NCBI RefSeq assembly: GCF_003334385.1
Contig: NZ_QOWN01000191.1
DNA length: 363 bases
Source of the DNA: Escherichia coli
Lineage (GTDB): Bacteria > Pseudomonadota > Gammaproteobacteria > Enterobacterales > Enterobacteriaceae
Reading direction: 5' to 3' (one strand)
Part shown: one piece after another, positions 1-363 of the stretch
Numbering within the stretch: position 1 is the first letter of the stretch
Layout: each line of letters starts with the position of its first letter
Position numbers and translations under genes: made by a program
Notes under the pieces: generated by a model
Seen by the model: only the letters and a program-made list of their open reading frames with translations
Told to the model about the DNA's origin: nothing
Database searches by the model: none

Positions 1-363
1 CTGCCTGATGGTGTGGAGACATACGGGGTGTGGGGACTCTCCCTGCCGTCACTGCGCCGTCGCCTGTTCCGCTGTGTCTCCATCCGGGAAAACACGGACG
101 GCACCTTTGCCATCACGGCAGTGCAGCACGTACCGGAAAAAGAAGCCATCGTGGATAACGGGGCCCGCTTTGAGCCGCAGTCAGGCACCCTGAACAGCGT
201 TATCCCACCGGCAGTGCAGCACCTGACGGTGGAGGTGAGCGCAGCTGACGGCCAGTATCTGGCGCTGGCGAAATGGGACACGCCGCGGGTGGTGAAGGGC
301 GTGCGCTTCAGTCTGCGCCTGACCAGTGGAAGCGGTGAGAACAGCCGCCTGCTGACCACCGCC
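1..363 (+). CDS. J: Internal fragment of a phage tail tip attachment / host-specificity protein (lambda gpJ-like central tail fibre protein); partial at both ends, frame +1
   Basis: Frame +1 has no stop codon across all 121 codons (the only TGA/TAA triplets fall in frames +2 and +3). Third-position GC is about 76% (92/121 by hand count), with CTG the dominant Leu codon, as in enterobacterial-type coding sequence. The translation contains RRLFRCVSIRENTDGTFAITAVQHVPEKEAIVDNGA and PPAVQHL...WDTPRVVKGV, which I recognise from memory as near-matches to the middle of lambda J (UniProt P03749). No start or stop is in the window, so gene boundaries are unknown. Not verified by a search. Confidence 0.85.
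   Translation, partial: MPDGVETYGVWGLSLPSLRRRLFRCVSIRENTDGTFAITAVQHVPEKEAIVDNGARFEPQSGTLNSVIPPAVQHLTVEVSAADGQYLALAKWDTPRVVKGVRFSLRLTSGSGENSRLLTTA
116..129. repeat. Copy 1 of a 14-bp perfect direct repeat (cggcagtgcagcac), intragenic and in frame; encodes (T)AVQH
   Basis: Exact string cggcagtgcagcac at 116-129 and again at 209-222. Flanking bases differ on both sides (a/c upstream, g/c downstream). Confidence 0.9.
205..363 (+). other. Probable N-terminal half of a fibronectin type III-like (Ig-like beta-sandwich) domain within the J-like protein
   Basis: Codons 69-121 read PPAVQHLTVEVSAADGQYLALAKWDTPRVVKGVRFSLRL... This follows the usual FN3 opening pattern: Pro-Pro start, a hydrophobic strand A (HLTVEV), a hydrophobic strand B ending in the conserved Trp (YLALAKW), then Pro (DTP). 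Lambda gpJ is known to carry FN3-like domains in its central region. The domain would continue beyond the window. Confidence 0.5.
209..222. repeat. Copy 2 of the 14-bp perfect direct repeat (cggcagtgcagcac), intragenic and in frame; encodes (P)AVQH
   Basis: Identical 14-mer, 93 bp (31 codons) downstream of copy 1, in the same codon phase (gca gtg cag cac in both). Confidence 0.9.

Noticed and set aside
8-193. Supplied ORF in frame +2 (61 aa, MVWRHTGCGDSPCRHCAVACSAVSPSGKTRTAPLPSRQCSTYRKKKPSWITGPALSRSQAP), as a possible independent or overprinted gene
   Set aside because: It lies entirely within the frame +1 reading frame that carries the recognisable gpJ-like sequence. Its product is Arg/Cys/Ser/Pro-rich and low-complexity, typical of off-frame translation of GC-rich coding DNA. 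Only 7 nt lie upstream of its ATG, so no ribosome-binding site can be assessed, and I recognise no similarity to any protein family.
205-232. Inverted repeat ccaccg (205-210) / cggtgg (227-232) that could form a 6-bp stem with a 16-nt loop
   Set aside because: The stem is short, the loop is large, and no U-tract follows. It sits inside a coding region where such small GC-rich inverted repeats arise by chance, so there is no support for a terminator or regulatory hairpin.
259-270. Tandem hexanucleotide ctggcg x2 encoding Leu-Ala-Leu-Ala
   Set aside because: Only two copies, and the protein length here appears to match lambda J from memory (YLALAKW vs YQVLARW), so it looks like coincidental codon reuse rather than a slippage-derived insertion or microsatellite.
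286-296. Chi-like G/T-rich motif (cgggtggtgaa) resembling the recombination hotspot GCTGGTGG
   Set aside because: Not an exact Chi octamer on either strand. The exact sequence gctggtgg and its complement ccaccagc are absent from the window.
3-362. Completely stop-free reading frame on the minus strand
   Set aside because: Stop codons are AT-rich, so the antisense of a 64% GC coding region is commonly open. Its translation (beginning AVVSRRLFSPL... from the 3' end) shows no recognisable motif, whereas frame +1 has a recognisable homologue and the expected codon bias.
1-363. Diversity-generating retroelement variable region, or a CRISPR array
   Set aside because: A DGR call needs a paired template repeat and an adjacent reverse transcriptase, neither of which is in the window, and the divergence from lambda is not restricted to adenine-templated positions as far as I can judge. 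The only repeat is a single 14-bp pair inside a coding frame, with no regular repeat-spacer periodicity.

Overview
The whole 363-bp window lies inside a single protein-coding gene on the + strand, frame 1, with no start or stop codon in view. I see no evidence of a novel system here, and the window is too short to show any gene neighbourhood. The 121-aa translation is LPDGVETYGVWGLSLPSLRRRLFRCVSIRENTDGTFAITAVQHVPEKEAIVDNGARFEPQSGTLNSVIPPAVQHLTVEVSAADGQYLALAKWDTPRVVKGVRFSLRLTSGSGENSRLLTTA. From memory, not a database search, this closely resembles the central part of bacteriophage lambda tail tip attachment / host-specificity protein J (lambda segment ...LPTLRQRLFRCVSIRENDDGTYAITAVQHVPEKEAIVDNGAHFDGEQSGTVNGVTPPAVQHLTAEVTADSGEYQVLARWDTPKVVKGVSFLLRLTVTADDGSERLVSTA...). 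The most likely reading is a diverged J homologue from a lambdoid siphovirus or prophage, probably in an enterobacterial host. By hand count the window is about 64% GC (233/363), with about 76% GC at third codon positions in frame +1. The supplied ORF at 8..193 is in frame +2 and is most likely a spurious overlapping ORF. Secondary observations are a 14-bp perfect in-frame direct repeat, the apparent onset of a fibronectin-III-like domain, and a patchy conservation pattern relative to lambda J. No RNA genes, CRISPR repeats, mobile-element ends, promoters or terminators can be supported.
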